This document shows, piece after piece, positions 50,519 through 62,360 of a DNA stretch of 64,000 nucleotides; the first letter of the stretch is position 1, and every line of letters starts with the position of its first letter. The DNA is from an uncultured Spirochaetota bacterium (GTDB lineage: Bacteria > Spirochaetota > UBA4802 > UBA5550): positions 288,001-352,000 of the forward strand of contig CAWHAA010000008.1 of the NCBI GenBank assembly GCA_963827275.1, in the 5' to 3' direction. Below the pieces are notes generated by a model. The model saw nothing but the letters and a program-made list of their open reading frames with translations, had not been told where the DNA came from and ran no database searches. Made by a program: the position numbers and the translations under genes.

Positions 50519-51232
50519 ATGCCGATATTCGCGCTCAATAAGGATATCCTGTTTCCCCCGGTCGGCCTCGCCGAGCGGAACGGGATCCTCGCCGTGGGCG
50601 GCGACCTGTCCAGCGGGCGGCTCGTCGAGGCGTACCGCAGCGGCATCTTCCCCTGGTATTCGGACGGCGACCCGATCATCTGGTGGTCGCCCGACCCGCG
50701 CTTTGTCCTGTTTCCGGATGAACTGTATGTCTCGAAGACAATGCGGCAGGTGCTCCGGAGGAACATCTTCAGGATCACCTGCGACGAGGATTTCCCCTCT
50801 GTGATCCGTGGGTGCCGCGACCCGCGGAAGAAGGAACAGGGCACCTGGATCACCGACGAGATGATGGAAGCGTATATACGGCTCCACCACGAGGGCGTCG
50901 CGCATTCGGTTGAAGCGTGGCAGGACGGCGCCCTTGCCGGCGGGCTCTACGGGCTTTCGCTGGGGCGCTGCTTTTTCGGGGAGTCGATGTTCACCAGGGT
51001 GGCGAACGCCTCGAAGGCGGCCTTCATAACGCTGGTGCGCCGCCTCACGGAGCTCGGGTACGTCATCATCGACTGCCAGGTGCATACCGCGCACCTGGAG
51101 AGCCTGGGCGCGCGGCATCTACCCCGCGATGAATACATCGATCTGCTGGCGGCCGGATTGAAGCTGGAGGGCCGCGATGGGAGCTGGAGGGGGCTGCTGC
51201 CCGGGCCGGCGGCGCAGGCCGGTCCCGGCTAG
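50519..51232 (+). CDS. aat: Leucyl/phenylalanyl-tRNA-protein transferase
   Basis: GGDLS..RL..AY..GIFPWY, WWSPDPR, AHSVEAW, GGLYG..LG..FFGESMF, IDCQ. Confidence 0.96.
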   Translation: MPIFALNKDILFPPVGLAERNGILAVGGDLSSGRLVEAYRSGIFPWYSDGDPIIWWSPDPRFVLFPDELYVSKTMRQVLRRNIFRITCDEDFPSVIRGCRDPRKKEQGTWITDEMMEAYIRLHHEGVAHSVEAWQDGALAGGLYGLSLGRCFFGESMFTRVANASKAAFITLVRRLTELGYVIIDCQVHTAHLESLGARHLPRDEYIDLLAAGLKLEGRDGSWRGLLPGPAAQAGPG

Positions 51233-53858
51233 TTGATGGAGTCTATTATCTTTCTGAGGTGTGACCTGAACCGGGGGTAGCGGTCCCTGCTGGTTTTTCC
51301 CGTGATCAGCACCGTGAAGCCGTCCCGGTAGAGGGAGCAGGTTTCGGTAATGTTTTTGTCCCCGTCTTTCGCGAGGATCCAGAGATATTCCGCTTCGGGC
51401 CCCCGTTCCCAGCGCTTTTCAACCAGCACGCACCCCGATTTCCTGACCCAGTTTTCAGCCGTGTCTTTCATGTCGTCGTTTTCCATCGGCAGGCGCACCA
51501 GCCTGACGGTCGGTCCGCCCTCGCCGGCGGAGAAGGCCTTCACCACGCCCTGGAACGCTTCGGTCTGCCCGACGGTCTCCTCTGCCCATCCTGCCGGCAC
51601 CGCGAAGGAGAGGTCCGGGTCCTGTATGGTGATGGTGCGGCCGCGTTCCGCCTGCCGGCCGGTACCGCCGTCCTGCTTCCTGCCCGGCGAAGGTGCGTTC
51701 CGGTGGAGCAGCAGGGAGAGCTTTCTCGCCGCTTTCGCGTCGATCTCCTCCATGTTGGACTCGTTCATGGTCCAGGAATCGATCCGTGCCTGCGGCCCGG
51801 CGCCGAGACTTTTTTCTATCACGGCGATCTCTTCCGGTATCGGCGCGTCCGGGACCCGGACGTTGTTCTTCCTGTAGTAACGCAGCAGGGTGTAAAGGCG
51901 CGCCAGGGCGGCCTTTGCCTCGCCCTTGAGATAGTGCTTTGCCGTGAGCTCGCTGCGTACCCTGGCTGCGTTGAAGCCGTCAAGCGACGCGAGTATTGAT
52001 GCCGATCTCACCGCGCTTTCAAGGCCGGGAGAAGCGGCGCCGCTGCGCGCCTCTTTCAGGTACGCGACGTACCGCTCGGCGTACCGGCTGATCATCTCCC
52101 CGCCGTACTCGTAGCGCTGGTAGAGGGCGGCACAGTCGGCAGCGTGCTCGCGCTGCGCGTCGATATCGTCCTGCGCGATCTTTTCCTTCAGGCCCTCGTT
52201 TCCCTTGAGGTCCGCGCCCGCCGTTCGTGACAGCGCCCGCGCGTACCCGGCGTAGTCCTGCCTGACGCCGCCCCGCACCTGCTGCATCCACCCGGTGAAT
52301 TCAACGGTACGCGCCCGGATTGAACCGATCTCTTTCTGTGAAAGATAGGGGCGGTCGTTTTTGTCTATTCCCAGGGTGGCCCCTATGGCCGTGAATAAAG
52401 CGCTCGTGCCGTTCAGGCAGGTGGCGAAGCGCTTCTGTTCGCGCGGTCCGCCGAACGATGAGATGCGCGCGCTCACGGCGAACAGGTCGCCGGCGAGCCT
52501 GAGGTACTGCCGGTTGCGTTCCAGGAGATAGCGGTACCGCTCCGCTATTTCGCTGCCGGCCATTCTTTTTCCCTCAGACATGAGCGTGACGAGCGCCACG
52601 GTCCTGATGCGGCATTCCTCAAGGGAAGCGAGCCGCTCATGTACTATCCGGCGCGCTTCGTTGAATTCACGCTCGTTCTTAATGACGGCGCGGGGCCCCT
52701 CTTGTATCCCGAGGAGGCGCGCCTTCTCTTCTTCGCGGGCGACAGCGCGCCGGGCGTCTTCCGTGCCGCGCTGTATGACGCCCTTCAGGCGAACGTCAAG
52801 GTCGTTGATGAAGCCGGGCCCCTCCCTCCCGGTGGTCGTCAGGAGTGTGGCCCTGCGTATCCTCCCCATCTCCTCGCGCAGCGGGTTCTCCGCGGGGAGC
52901 GCCGGTATTTCCAGCGTCAGGGCGCCTGGCGCGCTGCCTGCCGGCGCGGGTGCCGGTGCCGGTTTGCTCTCCGCATTGCGCGGTGCGAAGAGGACCGGCT
53001 CGAGGTCTGACGGGTTGCGGTGGAACCTGCGCACCTGTTCGAGGGTCAGGCCCGCGGGGCCGCCCGGCAGCGCCATGATTTTTTTGTACGCCGCGAAGTC
53101 CCGGTTGATGAGCGCCTCTTTCCGCTTCCAGGTCCAGGACGCGGCCAGGGCGTCATCGTCATGAGAGCGGTCCGGCGCGTTGCACGCGTCGAGATATTCA
53201 AGCGCCGCGCTGACGGTGAGCGTTCGCAGCTCCCTGCCGTTGGCGGTATTGTTCTTTTCCCTGAGCTTCACGGACACGGCGGCCACGGTCCCGTTCAGCG
53301 CCTGTTCCTCGAATCGGCCCCTGCCGGCGATTGCGCTTCCCGCCAGCACTTCAACGGCCAGCACCTTCCACTCGGCAGCGCTTATATCTTCGGCCATGAT
53401 CCGCCGTGCGAGCCCGTCATCCGCTTCGCCGAAATGCTGTTTGGCGAGGGAGTCGATGCGGCGCCCGGCAGCGTCGCGTGCGGCGGACACCGGGCCGGGG
53501 CCGTCCGGGTCCTTCACAAGGAGCTCGAGCCGGCGCAGGGCGCAGAGGGTCGGGACCACAGTTAGCGCTTCGGCCGCGATGTCGGCGTCGGTGATCACGC
53601 GCGTCAGGTGGGTGAGTGACCCGTCGTGTTTCATTTCGCGCTCGAACACGTCGATGATAGCGCGGGCCCTGGCGATGTCCTTGTCGATGACGCCGAGGAG
53701 GGGGATCCGGGAGTGGCGTCCTGCCGTTTCGTCCGTTCAGCCTCGAGCTTCGTGAGGCGGACCTGCCACCACTGGAGCCGATTTTCGATGAAGCCGTAGG
53801 AATGTTCAATTGAAAGGAACAGAACGATAATGGCTGCCACCATGCGTGCTTTTTTCAT
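51229..53858 (-). CDS. Large exported hypothetical protein (one frameshift near 53710); C-terminal PsbP/DcrB-like domain possible
   Basis: Signal peptide ORF 53631-53858 (GGGAG RBS) joins the 806-aa ORF; C-terminal LSFAVPAGW motif. Confidence 0.65.
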
Positions 53859-54185
53859 AACGGTACTCCCGTGGTGTTGTATGGACCGGGACTCCTCCGC
53901 GGGAGGCCCGATGGATTGACGGTTATGTCGCTATCGTTATTATCGTTAGAAAAAAGGATTCAAATTAGGAGTTTGCTGAAAAACATTAAGGAGATGTAAA
54001 ATGGAGGCAGGACTGGCTATTTAGAGGATAGGCCAATAGGCTGGAAAAGAGCGGGTTTAATTTTTCAACAAGTACTTGACAACCGTCCGGCCGGTCGTTA
54101 TTTGTTATTTATTAAAGGGTCAAAGATAAATATACAGTATTTAAGTAGTTAGATTTTTAGAGTATGTCATAAGGGGGGATATATA

Positions 54186-56012
54186 ATGAAGAAATCATCT
54201 GCATTTCGTATGCTTTTCCTGATGAGCATGGCCGCTTTTCTGCTCTTTGGGTGTGATCAGGAAGGGGATACTCCCGGTTCCTTCCTGATGGGCCTTTTTG
54301 AAACGAGCGGCACCACGCATACCGGCGGTACGCCGCAGAACACCTGGCCGCCTGCCGGGTTCACGGAACAGATGGCGGACCAGAATACGAGGTTCCCGGA
54401 TTCCGTCGCGACGGATGTTGCCGTTTCAGCGCCGCTGCCGTCATCATTCGGCGAGCGTCCTGCCGAGTGTGACTGTGTCCATTTCCTTCGCATCAGGCAC
54501 GCGCGGGGGCCGGTACAACCGTCGGACGCCGACAGGATATTGATCGCCCAGCCGGGGGTGCTTGAAGGCGCTTCGGCTTTTTACAACGTCGCCGCCAACC
54601 TGGTGACGCGTGCGTACAGCGAGAGGGGAAAATTTGTCGAGTTCTGGGCGGTCGACCGCCGGCCCAACTGCCTCGAGGACCTGACCGGCCTAAAATTGGC
54701 GAAATCGACCGGTGACGTTCACGACGCCATCGATTACTATTACAGAAACAAGTCATATGAAGGCCGCCGGTTCGCGGGATTTTTAAACCCGTTTACGGAC
54801 GCGGCGTGGCTCGTTGACATGGGGATGGACCGCACGCTCCGTGACTGGAACGAGATCATCACGCGCGGCATACCCGATCAGTCCGTGCGGCAGGAGAAGG
54901 TCTTCCTGGGCGGCCACTCCCTGGGCGGGTTCATCACCGGCGCCTACGCCTGCTGGGACTTTGACGGTGACCCGTCGACGACGGAGGACGCCGGCTACAA
55001 CCAGTGCGCCGGTTATTTCGGGCTGGACACGCTGGTGACGGCCCAGCCGATGGCCGGGCTCATGTCAGGAGCGGGCTCCGGACTGGACCTGGGCGGGCTT
55101 CTCGGCAGCATCCCCGACGCGGTGGTGGACTTGATGCGCGCCGGCTACTTCGAGCGGTATGTATCGGTCCCCGGTGTTATCGATCCGGAAATCATGTACC
55201 TCCTGACGGGCCTCGGCATTGCGGCGCACTTCCAGCCAACGGATGAAGCTGACTCGATCGAGTATCTGCCGGCGACCCAGAACGCGCTCCTGACCTACCG
55301 GTTTTATCATTCGCGCGACCTGTGCGCGTTTCTCTCCCCGACGCCGACGCTCGGGATGTACCGCTACACCAACCAGGCGCTCCTCGCCGTTTTCACCGAC
55401 GATAACGCCATGCCCCTTTCGATCGTGCGGTCCAGCATGGGCTTCTTTACGGGCGGTCCGGTGGTTGACAAGAATTTTCCGTTTCCCTCGGATATGGCTG
55501 ACGCGCTTCAGGAAATTCCTTCCCTCAACATGATTACCGGCATGATAGGCGGTAACATCGCCATCGCGTCCGACAGCGGGAGCCCGTGCGAAAAGAAGGA
55601 CGGGCCGCTCTACGGATGGCTCAACTATAACGAACTGCAGGGGGTGGATGTCCCGCTGAATTCAGATGGCGAGCCGTACACGAGTGTCGCACAGGAGGTC
55701 ACCGATATCAGCGACTTCGCGCGGTGCCTTGCTGCGTGGCCGATGGACTTCGTCGAGAAGTACTTCCCGATCCGGCTGGCGGTCGATTCAATGTTCGGCA
55801 CTGACGGCATTGTCCATGCTGACGGGGTTTCGCGGCATCCCGTTATCGATATAATAGCGGGGGACGGCCCGAACCTCGGGGGGGACCAGAACCCGGCCGG
55901 ATCGCCGGTGCTGCCCGGATACGACCACCTGGACGTTCTCACCGCCGCGCCGGTCCAGAACAACGAACAGCCGGAACCGGTGACAACGCACCTGCTTGAG
56001 TTTATTTTCTAG
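54186..56012 (+). CDS. Lipoprotein alpha/beta hydrolase
   Basis: Lipobox LFGC; WAVDRR.NCLED, GGHSLGG nucleophile elbow, YDHLD near the C-terminus. Confidence 0.75.
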   Translation: MKKSSAFRMLFLMSMAAFLLFGCDQEGDTPGSFLMGLFETSGTTHTGGTPQNTWPPAGFTEQMADQNTRFPDSVATDVAVSAPLPSSFGERPAECDCVHFLRIRHARGPVQPSDADRILIAQPGVLEGASAFYNVAANLVTRAYSERGKFVEFWAVDRRPNCLEDLTGLKLAKSTGDVHDAIDYYYRNKSYEGRRFAGFLNPFTDAAWLVDMGMDRTLRDWNEIITRGIPDQSVRQEKVFLGGHSLGGFITGAYACWDFDGDPSTTEDAGYNQCAGYFGLDTLVTAQPMAGLMSGAGSGLDLGGLLGSIPDAVVDLMRAGYFERYVSVPGVIDPEIMYLLTGLGIAAHFQPTDEADSIEYLPATQNALLTYRFYHSRDLCAFLSPTPTLGMYRYTNQALLAVFTDDNAMPLSIVRSSMGFFTGGPVVDKNFPFPSDMADALQEIPSLNMITGMIGGNIAIASDSGSPCEKKDGPLYGWLNYNELQGVDVPLNSDGEPYTSVAQEVTDISDFARCLAAWPMDFVEKYFPIRLAVDSMFGTDGIVHADGVSRHPVIDIIAGDGPNLGGDQNPAGSPVLPGYDHLDVLTAAPVQNNEQPEPVTTHLLEFIF

Positions 56013-56042
56013 CCTGCGTCAGGGAGACGGGCGGCGGCGTGT

Positions 56043-57434
56043 TCACCGCCCGAGCGACTGTTTCTTCACGAAATGGTACTTCACCGCGTCGAGGAACGCG
56101 ACGCAGCGGCTGATCTCCTCGAAGACCGGCATCCCCGCGTCCTCCCACAGGGCGCGGTACTGCTCATTCGTGGGGTTGCTGCCCACCTGCCACACCGCGA
56201 CCGGCTTCCGGAATTTTCTCTTGAGCGCGCCGATCTCGGCGATGTAGTCCGGCGCGCCGAAGGCCCAGGCGAAGGTCTCGATGATGAGGGAGTCCACCGC
56301 CGGGTCGGCGAGCATCGCCTCCGCGACCGGGAGGTACACCTTTGCCGGGCCCTTCTGCTCCACCGCCGGCCAGAGGTCGACCGGGTGCGCCGGCTCCATC
56401 CACGGCGGGAATACTTTTTGAATCTCCGCCATGGTCTCCGGCGAGAGCTCCGCCAGCTCCAGGCCGCGGTCTTCGAGCAGGTCAACGGTGACGATGCCCC
56501 CGCCGCCGGAGAAGGTCATGACCGCTGTTTTGCCGCCGGGCGTGTAGGCTTCGGTCTTGGAAAAGCCCCGCACCAGGTCCATCAGCTCGTGCATGTCGTA
56601 AACCTGCACCACCCCGGACTGCCGGAAGGCGCCGCGGTACACCGCGGCAGAGCCGGAGAGGCTCGCCGTGTGGCTCATGGCCGCCTTCGCGCCCGACTGG
56701 CTCCGGCCCGACTTGAGCACCACCACCGGCTTTGTCGTGGAGCGGGCACGCTCCATGAATTTCCTCCCGTCGATGATCGATTCGAGGTAGCAGCCGATCA
56801 CCCCGGTGTCCGGGTCGTCGATCAGGTATTCGAGGAGCTCGGTCTCGTGCACGTCGCACTTGTTGCCGATGGAGCATACCTTGCTGAAGCCTATGCCGCC
56901 GCGCTGCATCATCATCAATAAAAATCCCGCCGAGAGCATGCCGCTCTGCACGATGAGGGACACGTTCCCCGGATTCATCAGGGTGGTCCACTTGTCGGTG
57001 TACATGAAGGAGAACACGTTCCGCGAGTGTCCGTCGAGGTATCCCATGCAGTTGGGCCCCCAGAGGCGGACGCCGAGGCTTCGCGCCAGCGCGACCGATT
57101 CTTCCTGGAGCCTTTTCCCCTCCGGGCCGATTTCCGAGAAGCCGGCTGACTGTATGATTATGCCTTTAACGCCTTTAGCCGCGCAGGCGCGTATCGTTTC
57201 GGGTAGGAACTTCGCCGGGATAAAGTAGACCGCCATGTCGATGGTGCCGGGTATCGACTGCACGTCGGGGTAGCAGGGGAGGCCGAGGATCTCCTTGTAC
57301 CGGGGATTGACCGGGTAGAGCCTGCCCCGGTAGCCGGCAAGGGCGTTCCTCACGATATGAAAGCCGCCCTTCATCTGGCTGTCTGTCGCGCCGATGACGG
57401 CGACACCGTCGGGATTAAAAAAGTATTCGAACAT
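56043..57434 (-). CDS. CoA-binding protein, ADP-forming acyl-CoA synthetase alpha-subunit family
   Basis: VAVIGA, YPVNP, SAGFSE, GPNCMG, QSG, GNKCDV, SHTASL, SGGGG. Confidence 0.88.
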   Translation of the reverse strand: MFEYFFNPDGVAVIGATDSQMKGGFHIVRNALAGYRGRLYPVNPRYKEILGLPCYPDVQSIPGTIDMAVYFIPAKFLPETIRACAAKGVKGIIIQSAGFSEIGPEGKRLQEESVALARSLGVRLWGPNCMGYLDGHSRNVFSFMYTDKWTTLMNPGNVSLIVQSGMLSAGFLLMMMQRGGIGFSKVCSIGNKCDVHETELLEYLIDDPDTGVIGCYLESIIDGRKFMERARSTTKPVVVLKSGRSQSGAKAAMSHTASLSGSAAVYRGAFRQSGVVQVYDMHELMDLVRGFSKTEAYTPGGKTAVMTFSGGGGIVTVDLLEDRGLELAELSPETMAEIQKVFPPWMEPAHPVDLWPAVEQKGPAKVYLPVAEAMLADPAVDSLIIETFAWAFGAPDYIAEIGALKRKFRKPVAVWQVGSNPTNEQYRALWEDAGMPVFEEISRCVAFLDAVKYHFVKKQSLGR

Positions 57435-57540
57435 GGCGATATCCTCAGTCTGATTTTTAATGGCCGCTTCGGCCTGTCAATACATTATTCCGGCGCGACT
57501 CATGGCGCTTTCATTTTGCATTTTTAATGTTCCCGTTTTT

Positions 57541-58668
57541 TCATATGCTTATAAAAATGTTTTTCCTGTACGGAAGATAGAGTGCCCCGAGCCAGAACAG
57601 GAGGAATGACGCCGCGTACAGCGCGGAGGCCGCCTCCGGCGTAAAATGCGGCGCGAACACCGCGTTGAAGATGATCGCTTTCAGCGTGGCGGTGCCGGTG
57701 CCGTGCGGGACCGGGATCGTGGCCATGGCCTTGCCCGCGAGGGAGGAAAGGACGTACAGCGCGATCGCGTTCCTTCCCAGGACCAGGAACGGGACCGCGG
57801 AAATACGGAGGCCCCTGATGTCGAACAGGTAGTGGCAGAGTGCGAAGACCATGGTTCCCAGTCCCCCCATGAAAAGGCAATAGCTCGGCGTCCACAGGTT
57901 CTTGTTGATGGGCACCGCGGAGTCGAGCGCCAGGCCGGCCGCGGCCATGACCGCGCCGGCGATCATGAGCTTCGCCGCGGACGCGCCCCCGGCAGGCCGT
58001 ATCAGGGACGCTGCCCACGCCCCGATCATGGCGCTGGCGACGGCGGGGATGGTGGTGAGGAGGCCTTCCGGGTCGAAGCCCGGCGCGGCCGCGTGCTCAT
58101 AGGTATGGCCGGCAAGGAGCGCACCGTCGATGAAGCCGGGCAGGTTGCAGCACGGCTCGAGCGACCCGCGGCCAAACCCCGGGGGCGTGACCAGGAGCAG
58201 GAGCGCGGTGTAAAGCGCGAGGAGGATGGCGGTGACGATCGGCCATGCACCCGGCTTCGCGTACAGTGCCAGCACGGCGGCGAAACAATAGCAGAGCCCG
58301 ATCCTCTGGAGCACGCCCGGGATGCGCACCGACCCGGGATCAAAGAGCGGGAAGAGGTTCAGGAAAAGCCCCAGTGCGATGAGCAGCAACGTGCGGCGGA
58401 GCACACGCGGCACCAGCACCGTGCCGGGCGTTCCCGCTGCCCTGGCCGATGAAAGGGGAAAGAAGAGGCTTGCGCCAAGCGCGAATAAAAAAAACGGGAA
58501 GACAATGTCGGCCCCCAGCCAGCCATGCCACGCCGCGTGCCGTAACGCGGGATAGACATGGCCCCAGTCTCCCTGGTTGTTGACCAGCACCATGGCGGCG
58601 ATTGTGAGGCCCCGGAACACGTCCAGGGAAACAAGCCGCTTCTTTTCTTCGGTAAATCCTTCTTTCAT
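57541..58668 (-). CDS. Heparan-alpha-glucosaminide N-acetyltransferase-like (DUF5009/HGSNAT) membrane protein
   Basis: RLVSLDVFRG, LRHAAWHG, DIVFPFFLF, GVLQRI, FDPEG, PINKNLWTPS. Confidence 0.9.
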   Translation of the reverse strand: MKEGFTEEKKRLVSLDVFRGLTIAAMVLVNNQGDWGHVYPALRHAAWHGWLGADIVFPFFLFALGASLFFPLSSARAAGTPGTVLVPRVLRRTLLLIALGLFLNLFPLFDPGSVRIPGVLQRIGLCYCFAAVLALYAKPGAWPIVTAILLALYTALLLLVTPPGFGRGSLEPCCNLPGFIDGALLAGHTYEHAAAPGFDPEGLLTTIPAVASAMIGAWAASLIRPAGGASAAKLMIAGAVMAAAGLALDSAVPINKNLWTPSYCLFMGGLGTMVFALCHYLFDIRGLRISAVPFLVLGRNAIALYVLSSLAGKAMATIPVPHGTGTATLKAIIFNAVFAPHFTPEAASALYAASFLLFWLGALYLPYRKNIFISI

Positions 58669-58859
58669 ACTGATAATCAACGTTAATTTATTGTACAAAT
58701 AAGCGCAATTTGATAATTTTTGTTAGATAAAATCAAATAAAAAATTAAAAAACCGATACTTTTTCTTGCCTCTTCCCCTGTGATTTTGTATATTCCGTCG
58801 GTTGTACACAGAAACAGGGCGCTACTGCCCAGAGGATATGGAGAGGTTTAATTTTCATC

Positions 58860-59831
58860 ATGAATTCATCACGTAACCCGGTTATGCTCTATCGAGTATT
58901 GTTTGTTTTTCTGCTCTTCCTTGTCGGTGTCTTTTACTGGCGGTGTGCCGGCGACAATAAAAAGCAGGCTTCCAGCGGCGCTTCTCTGTCGGCGCAATGC
59001 GTCAATGAACGGGAGCCGGACAGGATAAACGAGGAGTTTTCGGACCCGGAGAAGGTGACGATACAGGGGTACAGCGGCCACGCCATGGACCCCTTCATCA
59101 CCCGCGACGGGAATTACCTTTTTTTCAACAGTCACAACGAAGGTGAGTATACCCGCCTCTATTACGCGCGCAGGGTCGATGACGCAACCTTCACCTTCAT
59201 GGGCGAGATTCAGGGCGCGAACGGGAAAGCCTCACATTTTGACGCGGTCCCGAGCATGGACGCCGAGGGACGGTTCTACTTTATTTCAACCCGGAATTAC
59301 TACCGCGATTACAATAACGTTTACAGCGGTAATTTTCTCGATGGAAAAGTCTATGACCTGGATTCCCAGCCCGGCAATTTCTATGCCGCGACGCCGGGGT
59401 GGATCGTCACGGATGCGGAGGTGAGCCCCGACGGCGGGATGCTCTATTTCGCGAACGCGCAGTACACCGGCGGCAGGGCTCCCGACAGGTCGGACATAGG
59501 GATCGCGCGCATGAATTTCGGAACATTCAATGTTGACAGGAAATTGGCCGGCGTACTGAAGAATGTCAACACCGGCGATTCGCTCGAGTTCGGGCCATCA
59601 GTCACCATCGACGGGCTCGAACTATTTTTTACGCGGATCGATCTCTGCGCGGGTTCGTCGAGGCTCTTCGTCGCCAAGCGGAATTCAATCGCCGAGCCGT
59701 TCCAGGCGCCCGAGCGGATCGACGCCCCTGATGGACAGGCCGAGTCGCCTTCGATTTCGCATGATAAAAAGACCCTCTACTACCACTCCATGGACGACAG
59801 CGTATACGCCATCTACAAGGTGTCCCGGTAG
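58860..59831 (+). CDS. Exported PD40/TolB-like beta-propeller protein
   Basis: Hydrophobic signal ending in C; repeats PFITRDGNYLFF, VSPDGGMLYF, PSVTIDGLELFF, PSISHDKKTLYY. Confidence 0.75.
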   Translation: MNSSRNPVMLYRVLFVFLLFLVGVFYWRCAGDNKKQASSGASLSAQCVNEREPDRINEEFSDPEKVTIQGYSGHAMDPFITRDGNYLFFNSHNEGEYTRLYYARRVDDATFTFMGEIQGANGKASHFDAVPSMDAEGRFYFISTRNYYRDYNNVYSGNFLDGKVYDLDSQPGNFYAATPGWIVTDAEVSPDGGMLYFANAQYTGGRAPDRSDIGIARMNFGTFNVDRKLAGVLKNVNTGDSLEFGPSVTIDGLELFFTRIDLCAGSSRLFVAKRNSIAEPFQAPERIDAPDGQAESPSISHDKKTLYYHSMDDSVYAIYKVSR

Positions 59832-62333
59832 GGGTTCACCGGCTTCACGCCCCATATCTCGTCCGCGTACTCCCTGATGGTGCGGTCGGTTGAGAACTTG
59901 CCCATGCCCGCGACGTTGAGGATCGACATGCGCGTCCAGGCCTCACGGTCGCGGAAGGCCCTGTTCACCCGCTCCTGGCAGTCGATGTACGACTCGTAGT
60001 CCGCCAGGCGCATGTACTGGTCGCCCCGGGAGAGGAGCGCATCCACGATCGGCCTGAACAGGTCCGGCTGGTCCGGTGAGAAATACCCGTCCCGGATCAT
60101 GTCGATCGCCTGACGCAGCTCCTGGTTCGAATCATACACGCGCGACGGGTCGTGTCCCCCGGACCTCATCTCCGCCACCTGGTCCGCCGTGAGGCCAAAG
60201 ATGAAGATGTTTTCGTCGCCCACCTCTTCCCGTATCTCCACGTTCGCGCCGTCCATGGTGCCGATGGTGAGGGCGCCGTTGAGCGCGAACTTCATGTTGC
60301 CGGTGCCCGACGCCTCGATCCCCGCGGTGGATATCTGCTCGGAGAGGTCCGCGGCGGGAATGATCTTTTCGGCGTTGGACACGCAGTAGTTGCGGATGAA
60401 CACGACCCTGAGCGCCTCGCCGACCCGGTGATCGTTATTCACGACCTCCGCCACCGAATTGATGAGCTTGATGACGAGCTTCGCGAAGAAATAGGCGGGC
60501 GCCGCCTTGCCGCCGAATATCACGGTGCGGGGGACGACCGCGTCGGCGCGTCCAGAAATGATCCGGTTGTACAGGGTGATGACATGGAGCAGGTTCAGGG
60601 TCTGCCGCTTGTACTCGTGCATCCGCTTCACGTGGCAGTCGAACAGGGAGTCGATGTTCACCCGGACCTTGTTGCGGGTCCAGATATACGCGGCCAGCCG
60701 CTCCTTGTTCTTCCGCTTAACCGCCCGCCATTCCTCCCGGAAGGCCGGGTCGTCCGCGAGCGGGACGAGCTCCCTGAGCTCGTCCAGATCGGTGGTCCAG
60801 CCGTCGCCGATCCGCGAGGAGATGAGGTCGGACAGCTTCGGGTTGCAGAGCCTGAGCCAGCGTCGCTGCGTGATGCCGTTGGTTTTGTTGTTGAACTTTC
60901 CAGGCCACATCTCGATAGAAGTCGCGGAAAATATCGGTCTTGATGATTTCGGTATGGAGCGCGGCGACGCCGTTCACCGAATGGCTCCCGATTATCGCAA
61001 GGTTTGCCATGCGCGCCTGCTTCTCGGTCCCTTCCTCGATCACCGACATGCGCCCGAGGCGGACGCTGTCGCCCGGATGCGCCTTCCGGACATCGTCGAG
61101 GAAACGCCGGTTGATCTCGTAGATGATCTGCATGTGGCGCGGCAGCACGTGCTCCAGGAGCGATACCGGCCACTTCTCCAGCGCCTCGGGCAGCATCGTG
61201 TGGTTGGTGTACCCGAAGGTCTTCACTGTGATATCCCACGCGTCCTCCCAGTCAAGGCCTTCGCGGTCAATGAAAAGACGCATGAGCTCCGGTATGGCGA
61301 TGGCCGGGTGCGTGTCGTTGAGCTGTATCGCGACCTTGTCCGGGAAGCGCTCGAACGTGTCATGGGCCTTCCGGTAGCGGCGGATGATGTCCTGCAGCGT
61401 GGCGGACACGAAAAAGTATTCCTGCTTGAGGCGGAGCTCCTTTCCGGCGAACTGGTAGTCGTTCGGGTACAGCACCTTGGATATGATCTCGGAGCGGTCT
61501 TTTTCAGATACGGCCATGTGATAGTCGCCGTGGTTGAAGTAGTCCAGGTTGAACTCGCGCGTCGATTTGGCGGCCCAGAGCCGGAGGGTGTTCACGGTGT
61601 TGTTCATGTAGCCGGGGACCGGAGTGTCATAGGCCATGGCCATGAGCACCTGCGCGTCGACCCAGTCGCTCCTGAAGCGTCCCTTTTCGTCGTGGTACTG
61701 GTGCACCGTCCCGTAAAATTTCACGGGGTAGATGTATTCGGGCCGCGGGAATTCCCAGGGATTTCCGTACCGGAGCCAGTTGTCCGGGGTCTCCGCCTGG
61801 TATCCCTGTATGATCTGCTGGAAAAAAATGCCGTATTCGTACCGGATGCCGTAACCGTACGCGGGAAGCTGCAGGGTGGCCATGGAATCCATGAAGCAGG
61901 CGGCCAGCCGGCCCAGCCCGCCGTTGCCGAGCCCCGCGTCCCATTCCTCTTCCCGAAGCTCTTCCATGTCGTAGCCCAGGTCTGCGAGGGCCCTGCCGGT
62001 GTCGCCGTACAGGCCGGTGTTGATCAGGCTGTTTCCCAGGGCCCTGCCCATGAGGAACTCCAGGGACAGGTAATAGACCCGCTTGGCGTCTTCCCGGTAA
62101 TAGGCCTGTTGCGTCTCGATCCACCGCTCCGCGAGCCGGTCGCGCGCAAGGAGCGCAAGGCATTTGTAGCGGTCATGCTTCGTGGCCGAGTACTCGTCTT
62201 TCGCCAGGGAGTACTCCATGTGGTGGATGAAGGATTCCTTCAATGATTCGATGTCCCTGCCCTGGAGCCTGTTCGTGGTGGTGGACAGGCCTGAAGACGG
62301 GGGGGACTGCTTTTTTGGTGTGAGCTTTTTCAT
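59813..62333 (-). CDS. glgP: Glycogen/starch phosphorylase (one frameshift near 60910)
   Basis: [53 protein letters not shown]. Confidence 0.96.
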
Positions 62334-62360
62334 GAGTATCTCCTTTCCGGGCCCGGGGCG

